From an uncultured Acidobacteriaceae bacterium (lineage in GTDB: Bacteria > Acidobacteriota > Terriglobia > Terriglobales > Acidobacteriaceae), in assembly GCA_963817305.1 (NCBI GenBank), contig CAWFOD010000017.1, positions 357,821 through 421,820 of the forward strand: a DNA stretch of 64,000 nt. Direction: 5' to 3'. Below the pieces are notes generated by a model. That model was not told the origin of the DNA and searched no databases. It saw only the letters and a list, made by a program, of their open reading frames with translations. Shown in pieces: positions 1 to 9,429 of the stretch (position 1 is its first letter; every line of letters begins with the position of its first letter). Both the position numbers and the translations under genes were made by a program.

Positions 1-374
1 CGCTGGTTGGCCTCGATCGCGATCACATTTGCGCCCGCCCGCTCCATCATGTAAGTGTGGCCGCCTTCCAGCGGACCAAGTTCAAGTACGCATTGCCCCG
101 AATATGAACCGAGCTGCGTTTCTAGCCATTTGATGCGAGCGTCGTCGAAAAGCGGGGCGTTGCCGCTTTCAAATCCGGGCACAGCTGAACTCCATGCATC
201 CTTGAAGATGTTGAACGGAGTGGAAGGCGACGGGGCGTCGCGAGTGTAGACATCGCGAAATTGCGGAGACTGGCCCCATAATTTTCCGCCCAACTGAGCT
301 ATACGACGAGCCCCCGGCAAGGTCGCCGCTGCCTTCATCGCCGCCGCCCGGTACTTGTTCCAGCTTCCCGGCAT
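1..374 (-). CDS. class I SAM-dependent methyltransferase-like protein, N-terminal part (gene runs off left edge)
   Basis: Not in the ORF track (no stop in window). Minus-strand ATG at 374 opens a frame to position 1: MPGSWNKYRAAAMKAA...GQCVLELGPLEGGHTYMMERAGANVIAIEANQ. The LELGPxEG..ERAGA stretch resembles SAM-binding motif I. Confidence 0.45.
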   Translation of the reverse strand, partial: MPGSWNKYRAAAMKAAATLPGARRIAQLGGKLWGQSPQFRDVYTRDAPSPSTPFNIFKDAWSSAVPGFESGNAPLFDDARIKWLETQLGSYSGQCVLELGPLEGGHTYMMERAGANVIAIEANQ

Positions 375-606
375 TGTGAAGTGATTACCCTTTCTCAAGT
401 GTTCAAACGTGGAAGTTTGGAAATCCAACCAAGGAGAATAACATCACACGCGTTTTTATTGACCCCAGGTTGGTATAACGGGATAATCGGTTGCTGCTGG
501 CATTGGCCACCGAAGTTTCCCGGGTCGCCATGCCGCCGGCTTACCCAGGTGCTCTCTCGCGATTTCGGATCACTGCCAAATAGAACCCTTCGCGCACGAG
601 GCCTTT

Positions 607-2656
607 ATGATCAGTCGACAGGCCCTTGATACCACCGATTTTGCAATGTTGCGAAGCCGGGAAGAACGCCGGCCGAGACAACTAGGCCTATTAAAAGTTG
701 CTGGAATCACTATTGCGTTTTTTGCTGCGGCCGTTTCTGCTGCCTCCGCTCAGACATTCACAACGCTGTATAGCTTTGCGTATGCCAGCGGAGGCCAGTT
801 CGTTTCGGTGCAAGGTACCGATGGGAACTTTTACGGAACAATTTTTGGACAGATAGAAACCAATTATGATTGCGGCGGCACATCATATCCGTGTGGCACC
901 ATCTTCAAGATTGATGCCGGGGGTAATCTGACCGCGCTGCATAACTTCAACTTCACCGACGGCGGTCTTCCAACCGCGTTAATCCAAGGCACAAGTGCCA
1001 ACTTTTACGGAACCACTAAGATTGGAGGAACCGGTACTCCATGTTCGTTTAACCCTACCCCAGGGACGATCTTTACTCTCACTGCGGACGGCACTTTGGC
1101 AACTCTCCACGACTTCGACTGTACCGACGGCGCATCCCCAACCGGAATACTGCAGGGAGCCGGCGGGAATCTCTATGGAACGACTGCGAGTGGCGGAGAT
1201 GGCTGCGTCCCTGCGGGCTGTGGCACTGTCTTCAAAATAACGCCCTCAGGCACACTGACGACACTCCATTTCTTTGACGGCACAGATGGAAGCGCGCCCG
1301 TCGGCCTACTCCACGCCTCAGGTACATTCACGGCCCTTAAAAGCTCTTGTGCCTGCGGGGTGCGCTTGTCGAAGGCAGCGATGGGAACTTCTACGGTGTG
1401 ACTTACTCTGGCGGGGCGAATAGCGGCGGCGCCGGGAGTGGCACAGTGTTCAAAATTACCACCACGGGAACCTTGACCACTCTTTACAGCTTTTGCTCCC
1501 AAACCAACTGCACTGACGGCTGGGGTCCGGTGGGCGGGCTAATTCAAGGAAGCGATGGCAACTTCTACGGGACTACTGCGTACGGCGGAACGGGCGTCTG
1601 CGGCGAAAGCGGGTGCGGCACAATTTTCAAGATTACCCCGTCCGGCAATTTAACCACGCTTTACAACTTTTGCTCTCAGGCTAACTGCGCTGACGGCAAT
1701 ACCCCGGAGGCAGCCTTACTGCAAGCTGCTAACAGAGTTTTCTACGGTACAACGACGCAAGGCGGCGCAAATAACGGCGGTACATTCTTCAGTTTGTCGG
1801 CGGGACTTAACGGAGCTACTGCCTCCTCTACCAGCGTGAACCTTTCCCTCTCGAACATTGTTGCGGGATCGAGCGGACCAGTCGTAATGACGGCTACGGT
1901 CTCACCCGTATCCCGCAGCGGCACTCCGAGTGGGACGATTGCGTTCTTAAATGGATCGACCTATGTAGGAACATCTGCCATCACCGCTGGCGCGGCCACT
2001 TACGACTACGACCCAAGCAGCTTGTCGGCAAATACTTATCAGATCACTGCTGCGTATAGCGGAGACAGCACGTTTGCCGGTTCCAATTCGCTTGCGCAGA
2101 CTCTCACGGTTGCATCCGCACCGAATCCGGATTATCAGTTGTCAGTCAATCCCTCCGCTCTAAATATTATGGCGGGACAAAGCGGTAAAGCTGTGTTTAC
2201 CGTCACGCCAGAAAACGGATTCGACACCGAGGTGAGTTTTGCCTGCAGCGGTTTACCGGCTGTAGCACCTGTACCTTCGATCCGGCGAACCTTACTCCGA
2301 GCAACAGCAATCCGGTCACCTGCATGCTCACAATTACTACAACTGCCGCCAGCGCAATCTTGCGCGGGCCGAAGCCATTTGCTCTATGGCCGATTTATGC
2401 ATTCCTGGCGCCGACCACAGGAATGATCTTAGGGATGGGAACTCGGCGGCGCCGTTTGATCCGGGGTTCGCGATTTCTTAGCGCAGCTGCTCTCTTGCTG
2501 ATGTTGGCATCGCTCACCTCATGCGGTAGCAGCAACAAGGCCACAAGCCTTATCACTTCGCCCCAAGCCAGCATTGTCACAGTCACCGCGTCGACCAGTG
2601 GCACGGGCGCGATCAACCATACAGCAACATTGAGGATCACCATCACGCCACAATAA
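607..2656 (+). pseudogene. GloVer tandem-repeat (choice-of-anchor type) / Ig-like repeat surface protein, broken into three frames
   Basis: ORFs 607-1401, 1347-2426 and 2324-2656 read as one protein. It has a signal/TM segment and repeated units (GTDGNFYGTT..GG..GCGTIFKITPSGTLTTLHSF). These are followed by Ig-like repeats (ITAAYSGDSTFAGS) and a C-terminal hydrophobic segment. Frame changes lie at about 1341-1401 and about 2258; each needs one added base to restore the frame. Confidence 0.7.
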
Positions 2657-2686
2657 CGAGAGGCGCTCGACGAACAACAAGAACCA

Positions 2687-2704
2687 GGCCGCGCAAGCGC
2701 GGCC
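2687..2704. terminator. GC hairpin between convergent genes
   Basis: ggccgcgcaagcgcggcc lies between the stop at 2656 (+) and the stop at 2723 (-). There is no clear U-tract. Confidence 0.3.
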
Positions 2705-2722
2705 CAGTTCGAGTGGTCTTGC

Positions 2723-3436
2723 TTAAAACACATCTCGTACAGTTTTATTAATCAGGCCCACCGAGCCATTGCTCGCTTCGCCGGCAGCATAGGTGAAGTT
2801 AACGGTCTGATCAGCCATATTGATCTGCTCCGTCGCGAGCGCGGTCGTGCTGCCGGAGGCGGTAACCTGCACCATATACGTCCCGTCTGGCACGTTGATC
2901 CCCTGCTGCTTGCCGGGGCTCACGGTCACAGTGAAGGTCTTCGGGTCCTTCACTCCTAACTGTGTCAGCGTGGCTTGCAGTGCGCCGGCGTCAGCCGATT
3001 GCACGAATACAAATCGCGCGTAGCCCGCGGTTACCGGTGTCAGGTTATCGGCGAACTGCAGCAGCGTGGGTTCCCCGCTGCTGACTGCGGCCACGGCTGT
3101 CACGCTCGTGCCAGCCGGCAGAGCCACTTTCGCCGTGATGATCGACGGATTCGTGCACGGCGCCAGCGTGTTGGCCTCGCTGATCTCCACATCATACGTT
3201 CCCGGAGAAAAACTAAGCGGTCCGCTGGTGGTGCCGAACGCTAGTCCTCGCTCCAGACAGGACTCGCCATTCACTAAGACGTCGATGGGAAAGCTGGGGC
3301 TAAGACCCTCGGCGATATCGCGCCCGGGAATTCCGTGCACGATGTAAAGGTAAGCGTCATCGGCCGCGAATCCGTACGCGGCCAGAACAAAACACAGAGA
3401 TGCGAGTTGCATAACGACACGTGTGCGACGTTTCAT
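2723..3436 (-). CDS. DUF4397 domain-containing secreted protein
   Basis: ORF 2723-3496. The internal start MKRRTRVVMQLASLCFVLAAYGFA (signal peptide) at 3436 is preceded by AGGAG. Two DUF4397-like halves are visible (YLYIVHGIPG..VDVLVNG; ARFVFVQSADAGAL). Confidence 0.7.
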   Translation of the reverse strand: MKRRTRVVMQLASLCFVLAAYGFAADDAYLYIVHGIPGRDIAEGLSPSFPIDVLVNGESCLERGLAFGTTSGPLSFSPGTYDVEISEANTLAPCTNPSIITAKVALPAGTSVTAVAAVSSGEPTLLQFADNLTPVTAGYARFVFVQSADAGALQATLTQLGVKDPKTFTVTVSPGKQQGINVPDGTYMVQVTASGSTTALATEQINMADQTVNFTYAAGEASNGSVGLINKTVRDVF

Positions 3437-3901
3437 AAGTCTCCTTTTCAGTTGTGAAGGTTCGGCGCTGATATGGAATGCACCGCTCTCACGCAAAAGA
3501 GCTACGCGTCAGGGCAGTTCACGTTTCACTGCTGAGATCTCAACCGGGAAGCTGATGAGCTTCGTTTGAACCAAACCCTCGACGCAAAGAGAAGTTGTCA
3601 AGATTTGAAAAAATTTTGTGAAGTTCTGCAGGAGCTTCGTGGCGTAAGCGAAGCTCCTGACAATCTGATATTGCGGGAAAGGCGGGCGAGGACAGGAGAA
3701 CTTCCATGCTTAGTAATGTTTACGTCTCTATTCTTTCAGTTATACGGAGATTTATTGTCAACAGGCGAATGCCAACGCCGTGTCGACGAAAACTGAATAA
3801 GGGTAAATTGAAGTAGTCAGTCCAGAAGCGAGGCCCGAACATGACTCCAGAAACAGGAGGGAATGCCGCAATCAAACCGCAGACCAATCGTTAGAGAAAT
3901 C

Positions 3902-3977
3902 TGGTGAGCGCGGAAGGATTCGAACCTTCGACCCATGCCTTAAAAGGGCATTGCTCTACCAACTGAGCTACGCGCCC
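3902..3977 (-). tRNA. tRNA-Lys (anticodon TTT), CCA encoded
   Basis: Reverse complement is GGGCGCGTAGCTCAGTTGGTAGAGCAATGCCCTTTTAAGGCATGGGTCGAAGGTTCGAATCCTTCCGCGCTCACCA. It folds as a cloverleaf: 7-bp acceptor stem (one G-U), GCTC/GAGC D stem, ATGCC/GGCAT anticodon stem with loop CTTTTAA, and GAAGG/CCTTC T stem with TTCGAAT loop. Confidence 0.92.
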
Positions 3978-4115
3978 TCACCATTCTCCAAATAGTTTAC
4001 CATTGGCTGAACGTGGGACTTTTCTTCGGGGCGTGAGGACGACGAAAAGAACAGCTTCAAACTGAATGAGAGCCCAACTCTTGGGGTATAAAGCTTTGGC
4101 CAGGATGCCAATCGC

Positions 4116-5090
4116 ATGACACAAGTCTCGGGGACTCCGCACCTCATCGGTGTGGATGTGGGAGGCACCAAAGTAGCCGCCGGCCTGGTGAATGCTGCCG
4201 GCGAAATCACTTTTCAGACGCGAACTCCCATGGCAGCCAATGACGCTGCAGCCGGGTTGGCGGCGGTAATATCAGCGATCGATGCAGTTCGTGCTTCCTC
4301 TTCTTCCGCGACAGACAGCCCGATTTCGGGCATTGGCATCTGCGCTCCCGGGCCGCTCGATCCGCGCAATGGCGTCGTCATCAATCCGCCAAATCTTCCG
4401 GGTTGGCGAAATTTTCCGCTCGCTGCAGAAGTTTCCAAGGTCTACAAAGTTCCGGTTCGACTCGATAACGACGGAAACGCGGCTGCGTTAGCCGAGGCTC
4501 TATGGGGAGCTGGCCGCGGCTTTCGCAATGTTTTTTGCGCCACCATCGGTACTGGCATTGGAACCGGGATTGTTTTCGATGGCCGCATCTACCATGGCCG
4601 CACCGGCGCCGCCGCCGAAGGCGGTCACAACACAATTGACTATCGCGGTCCGCGTTGCGGATGCGGCAAGCTGGGTTGCATCGAGGCGCTGGCGTCCGGT
4701 CCGGCGATCGCGCGCAGAGCGGCGGAAAAGCTCGCCAAGCCAGGCCAGTCTTCGAAAATATTTGATCTGGCCGGCGGCCATCTCGATCGCATTAGCAGCG
4801 AGATGGTTGGCAAGGCTTATTCCGCGGGCGATAACTTGGCCAAAGAGGTTTTAGAAGAAACCGCGGGCCTCCTCGCCATTTGGCTGGGAAACATTGTGGA
4901 CTTACTTGAGCCGGACGTAATGATCATTGGAGGAGGCGCCGGCGCCATGCTGCGGCCCTTCTTCGATTTGATTCGCAATCGGCTGCCCGAGTGGTGCGTA
5001 AATTCCCATTGCCAGGAAGTTCCCCTGGTGGCTGCCCACTACGGTGCCGATGCCGGCATCGCCGGAGGCGCGGCACTCTGCCGAAATTAA
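4116..5090 (+). CDS. ROK family protein (glucokinase-like)
   Basis: 324 aa. N-terminal IGVDVGGTKVAAGLV ATP-binding motif, GTGIGTGIV, and the ROK Cys motif GHNTIDYRGPRCGCGKLGCIE. Confidence 0.85.
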   Translation: MTQVSGTPHLIGVDVGGTKVAAGLVNAAGEITFQTRTPMAANDAAAGLAAVISAIDAVRASSSSATDSPISGIGICAPGPLDPRNGVVINPPNLPGWRNFPLAAEVSKVYKVPVRLDNDGNAAALAEALWGAGRGFRNVFCATIGTGIGTGIVFDGRIYHGRTGAAAEGGHNTIDYRGPRCGCGKLGCIEALASGPAIARRAAEKLAKPGQSSKIFDLAGGHLDRISSEMVGKAYSAGDNLAKEVLEETAGLLAIWLGNIVDLLEPDVMIIGGGAGAMLRPFFDLIRNRLPEWCVNSHCQEVPLVAAHYGADAGIAGGAALCRN

Positions 5091-5305
5091 CTCTCGCTTT
5101 CCAGACCAGAGATTCCCGCCTGAACTTGAACTGATTAGGATCACGCTCGCACACGTCAGAGATCCCAACCAGCACGCCTTGTGACGTTCGCCGAACGATT
5201 GACACTCTCTCGCTTGGGGCGGTGAAGAGCTTAGGATTTTCAGCAACTTCTAAGCAAACCACCCTAGCTAGAACAGCGATTAATGCTTGACTCCGGTTTC
5301 GGCGC

Positions 5306-6253
5306 TTAAGCGTGAGTTGTGCGATGCAGCTTCGCGGCGCCGCTCTTTGCCGTCCGCGCTGCGAGCTCTTCGAAAGAAGGGACAGACTCGGGAACAATCA
5401 GTTTCCGCTCGGCTGGCTGGACTCCGGTGCGAATCGCTTCGGTGAGCATCTCCAACGCCAGGTCAGTGATAGGACGTATATAAATTGTTGCCGCCAGCAC
5501 TCCGCTTCGCACCCAGGCCTGCCCGGTCTTCGGCAAGCCATCACATCCCGTGAATGGAATCCTCAGCCAGCGCTCGCGATCACTTCCCGAGATCTCTTCA
5601 AATGCTTTTCTCGCGCCCGCTGCCATGCTGTCGTCTTGTGCTCCCACCAGATCGATTTGCGTTTCTTGCGACGTTCGCAATCGCAGCCACGAAGTCACTG
5701 CCCGGTGCGCGCTTTGCTCCGTCCAGTTCGCTCGCATCGTCTTCACTTGAATATTCGCTGGCTTGGTCCGGTTCATACCGGCAGTTCGCTCGTTGGCCGC
5801 GGAACTGTTCGCTGGACCCTCGATATATAAAATCGAACCGCCCTGCGGCAGCAACGCGGCAAACTGTTTGCCCTGAATCTCTCCGACTTCGCCATGATCG
5901 GAACTGATGGAGAATACCGGCACCTGGCAAGTCTGCCGGAGCTGGTGAACATAATCCGCTTCGTGATTCAGAATCACCCAGCCAATATCCGCGGCCGTAG
6001 CCGCACGCGCCACTTGCGGGAACCCGGTTCCACCCGCCGGCTCGAACACAATCGCATCGGGACGCGTTGCCGCCGCTCCCTGAATGTAATGCAGCAACTG
6101 CTGGCTCTGCGTTACCGCATCATTATTGGCGTGGATGATCTTCAGGTCCACACCCAACCGCCGCGCAGCTTTCTCTGCCGCGGCCGCCTGCTCTTGCTGG
6201 TAGTCGTTGTCGTCGTTGGTGAGAGAGACCAGGAAGTTGAGTTTTTTCATCAC
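5306..6253 (-). CDS. sugar-binding protein, periplasmic-binding-protein type I (LacI/ribose-binding fold)
   Basis: 315 aa. MKKLNFLVSLTNDDNDYQQEQ...IIHANNDAVTQSQQL...DAIVFEPAGG is typical of ribose/galactose-binding-like domains. No obvious signal peptide. Confidence 0.6.
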   Translation of the reverse strand: MMKKLNFLVSLTNDDNDYQQEQAAAAEKAARRLGVDLKIIHANNDAVTQSQQLLHYIQGAAATRPDAIVFEPAGGTGFPQVARAATAADIGWVILNHEADYVHQLRQTCQVPVFSISSDHGEVGEIQGKQFAALLPQGGSILYIEGPANSSAANERTAGMNRTKPANIQVKTMRANWTEQSAHRAVTSWLRLRTSQETQIDLVGAQDDSMAAGARKAFEEISGSDRERWLRIPFTGCDGLPKTGQAWVRSGVLAATIYIRPITDLALEMLTEAIRTGVQPAERKLIVPESVPSFEELAARTAKSGAAKLHRTTHA

Positions 6254-6552
6254 TACCCCAGGCCTTCATCATAGCCAACTTTTCTGCTCTCCGATGGTTA
6301 CCGGAGTCACTACGGATTTGTTCTTCGATAATTTCCGGATTGCGATTTACCAACAATCGGACGACCAGGAAAATGTCATCTTCCGTTTTTATTTTCTCCC
6401 CAATCTCGCCGATGCCGTAACTCCTTGTCGCGGCTATATTTCTGAACCATCACGGGTGATAACCAACCGAATACCTCCGCCCAACGGCGCAATTGCTTTA
6501 TAGGCGCAGTTCTGCGGTAATCCAAAGCGGAGATTGTTTCCCAAAATTTTCT

Positions 6553-6912
6553 ATGGACACTGTCTTGCTGCGAACCACGGAACCTGTTGAAGACTCTTCC
6601 AGCCCTCACTTGGCTCAGCTTTTCGTGCGCTCGCAATCCGTAGTATCACGCCGCGTCGCCGGAGAGACTTTGATCGTTCCCGTGCGCGGCAAGGTTGGAG
6701 ATCTCGCGTCGATCTACAGCTTCAACCCAACCGGCTCTTTAATCTGGCAATCGCTCGAATCGCCGAAGAGTCTTGACGAATTGGTCAGCGTTGTCGAAAA
6801 CGAATACGCGGTCGAGCGCGATCAGGCGGAGCAAGACGTCAAACAGTTTTTGCACGACATGCTCGCGGCAGACTTGGTGCAGATTCGCGAGCCGCTACTG
6901 AGGGTGGGATAA
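6553..6912 (+). CDS. PqqD family peptide chaperone (RiPP recognition element)
   Basis: ORF 6493-6912. VVSRRVAGETLIVPVRGKVGDLASIYSFNPTGSLIWQSLESPKSLDELVSVVENEYAVERDQAEQDVKQFLHDMLAADLV matches the PqqD pattern. The start at 6553 (MDTV..) is a guess. Confidence 0.75.
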   Translation: MDTVLLRTTEPVEDSSSPHLAQLFVRSQSVVSRRVAGETLIVPVRGKVGDLASIYSFNPTGSLIWQSLESPKSLDELVSVVENEYAVERDQAEQDVKQFLHDMLAADLVQIREPLLRVG

Positions 6913-6924
6913 ATCAGGGGGACC

Positions 6925-8188
6925 ATGGAACAACTGAGTTACGGAGCATTCAGCGCGGACGTGCATCAGCGACAGTCCGGTCAGCGCGTGCCCATGCAGG
7001 TTTCCATCGAAGTCACCCGCCGCTGTCCGCTCGAGTGCCAGCACTGCTACAACAATCTTCCCATGGGCGATCAAGCCGCCCGCAGCCGTGAAATGACTAC
7101 CGAAGAGCATTTCAAAATGCTCGACGAACTGGTCGAAATGGATTGCTTCTGGCTTATCTACACTGGCGGCGAGATTTTCGCCCGCAAGGACTTTCTTGAG
7201 ATCTACACTCACGCCAAGCAAAAGGGCTTCCTGATTACGCTTTTCACCAACGGCACTCTTATCACCGAAAAGATTGCAGACTACCTGGTGGAATGGCCGC
7301 CCTTTGCCATCGAGATCACGCTCTACGGTCGCACCCGGGAAACCTATGAAGCCCTTACCCAAATCCCCGGCTCTTACGACCGCTGCCTGCGCGGAATCCG
7401 GCTCTTGCGCGAACGCGGATTGCCGGTCAAATTAAAGACCGTAGCTACTACGCATCAACAAACATGAAGTCTCCGCCATGCGGCAGTTTGCGGAAGAGGA
7501 GTTGGGCGTCGAGTTCAAGATGGATGGCCAGATCAATCCTCGGATTGACTGCTCTCAAAGCCCGCTGGCAGTGCGGCTTTCGCCGGAAGACGTGGTAGCT
7601 CTCGATATGCATGCTCCCAAGGGCGTGAGCGAATATCGCAGGTTGGCCAAAGATGAAATGGATCATCCTCCCAGCCTCTCGAAGAACGACACTGTGTATT
7701 TCTGCGGCGGAGGCCTCAATTCATTTGCCATTAATGCCTATGGAGAAATGGGAATTTGCGTAATTTCGCAGCAAGAGACGTTTGACATTCGCCGGGAAGG
7801 CCTGCAGCCCACCTGGGAGCATTCTCTGAAGGAGCTGCGCACCCGCAAACGCTCCCGCGTCACAAAGTGCATGCAGTGTCGCATTCAATCGCTCTGCGGA
7901 ATGTGTCCCGCCAATGGCGAAATGGAAAACGGCGACCGGGAGAGTCCAGTCGATTTTCTTTGCAACGTGGCACATCTGCGCGCAGCCGTGATCGGAGTTG
8001 AAATCCCGCAGCACGGAGAGTGCGAGTTCTGCGCTGGCGGTAGTCAGCACCAGGAGTTACTGGAGTCCGCGCGCCGTATCCAGACGAAAGAGATCGATGT
8101 AGACAGTTGGACCGGCAGGCAGCAAATTTTTCCGATTCTGAATAACGTCAGCGTGGCCGCCGGATGCGGTGGCTGTGGTAGTCACTGA
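6925..8188 (+). CDS. radical SAM/SPASM domain peptide-modifying enzyme; interrupted by a 1-nt insertion near 7447-7450 as sequenced
   Basis: ORF 6925-7467 has EVTRRCPLECQHCYNN (CxxxCxxC) and GGEIFARKD. ORF 7478-8188 continues the fold with SPASM-like Cys clusters (CGGGLNSFAINAYGEMGICV; CMQCRIQSLCGMC). Skipping one base gives ..KTVATRINKHEVSAMRQFAEEELGV.. Confidence 0.8.
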
Positions 8189-8212
8189 AAATAAAGCCAG
8201 AATCAAGGCCCT

Positions 8213-8380
8213 ATGAATCAGAAAACAAATCAAACCGAGGGCAAGAAAATCTACGAGTCGCCGAAACTGACGACTATCAGTCTCCGCCCGGAGGAAGCAG
8301 TTTTAGGCCATTGCAAAGTTGCCGGGACGGGGGGACCGGGCGGTATCTGTGGATTCACCTGTATGAACGCCGGATCCTAG
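8213..8380 (+). CDS. putative RiPP precursor peptide (55 aa, 3 Cys, C-terminal Ser)
   Basis: Below the ORF-track size cutoff. ATG 8213 to TAG 8378-8380 encodes MNQKTNQTEGKKIYESPKLTTISLRPEEAVLGHCKVAGTGGPGGICGFTCMNAGS. It lies 24 nt after the rSAM stop and 32 nt before the kinase-like gene, on the same strand. It contains a YxxPxL leader-like motif. Confidence 0.6.
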   Translation: MNQKTNQTEGKKIYESPKLTTISLRPEEAVLGHCKVAGTGGPGGICGFTCMNAGS

Positions 8381-8412
8381 CTGGTACTAATTCCCGGAGC
8401 CTGCGGTCGGAA

Positions 8413-9429
8413 ATGACGAGCCACCCTGTGCCGCGACTGACGAAACTCGACGATTCTCGTGCCGCACTTTACGGTGGCTTCTCCGTCGGCGGCGTATCTG
8501 TCCACCTTGCTGGTCAACGCCGCGCTGATGTTGCACTGGTCCCGCCTCTTCAGCCTTTTCACATTGACACAGGTGTTTCCGACATTCACGTTCGAGTTGA
8601 GTGGGTCGCGGGAATCGATTCATGCTGCGTTCCTCCACTGTTTGAATCCGGAGCTGTGTGGCGTGTGTACGAAGCGGAAGATAGCCTTCAGTTCGATTTC
8701 AACGTTCCCTTTCTCGGGTCGCAGCCCTACAAAAGGCTGATCGTAGACTCCCGCTTTCGCCAGGCGACGCTGCAGATGAATCAGCAATCGTTTGCGGCCG
8801 TACCCGGCGTTCCCGAGCCCTTAGAATATCCCCTCGACGAACTCCTCATCATGCACCGCCTCACCCAGGAGCCCGCGATCGAGCTGCACGGGGTCGGCAT
8901 CGTCGGCCCCAACGGGGCAAACAACTTATTCGTCGGCCATTCCGGAGCAGGGAAGAGCACCACCGCTCGCCTCTGGACCTCACTTCACGATGTTGACATC
9001 CTCAGCGACGACCGCATCATCGTTCGTGAACTTCCGGTCCGCGAACACCCGGTTCGCGAACACTCGGCTGAGGAAGATAAAATCCGTAGCAAAGCGTCTT
9101 ACGAAAGTAACCGCTTAGCAGACCCGAACCAGATCTACGTGTACGGCACCCCGTGGCATGGCGAAGCGCATTTCGCCCTCCCGCAGCGCGCTCCGCTGCA
9201 AAGAATTTTCGTTCTCGAACACGGCCACGGCAACATCCTCACCCGCCTCACGCGCAGCCAGGTGGTCGCCGAACTTTTCGCGCGTGCCTTCGTCCCCTTC
9301 CACCGTCACGAATACGTGGACCACGCCCTGAGCTTCCTGGAGCGCGTTGCCGATTCCGTCCCCTGCTATCGCTACTCCTTCGAGCCCGACGAGCGCGCCG
9401 TAGAAAAAATTCTTCAATTCAATGATTGA
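8413..9429 (+). CDS. HPr kinase-related (HprK C-terminal domain-like) P-loop protein
   Basis: ORF 8311-9429; the likely start MTSHPV is at 8413. LHGVGIVGPNGANNLFVGHSGAGKSTTARLW...LSDDRIIV is the HprK-like P-loop module. There is an internal 15-bp tandem duplication (PVREHPVREH, 9034-9063). The stop overlaps the next start (ATGATTGA). Confidence 0.75.
   Translation: MTSHPVPRLTKLDDSRAALYGGFSVGGVSVHLAGQRRADVALVPPLQPFHIDTGVSDIHVRVEWVAGIDSCCVPPLFESGAVWRVYEAEDSLQFDFNVPFLGSQPYKRLIVDSRFRQATLQMNQQSFAAVPGVPEPLEYPLDELLIMHRLTQEPAIELHGVGIVGPNGANNLFVGHSGAGKSTTARLWTSLHDVDILSDDRIIVRELPVREHPVREHSAEEDKIRSKASYESNRLADPNQIYVYGTPWHGEAHFALPQRAPLQRIFVLEHGHGNILTRLTRSQVVAELFARAFVPFHRHEYVDHALSFLERVADSVPCYRYSFEPDERAVEKILQFND

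Noticed and set aside
3566-3796. 76-aa ORF in the AT-richer spacer between the DUF4397 gene and the tRNA-Lys gene
   Set aside because: No RBS, odd composition, and it sits in what looks like promoter or leader DNA. It is probably noncoding.
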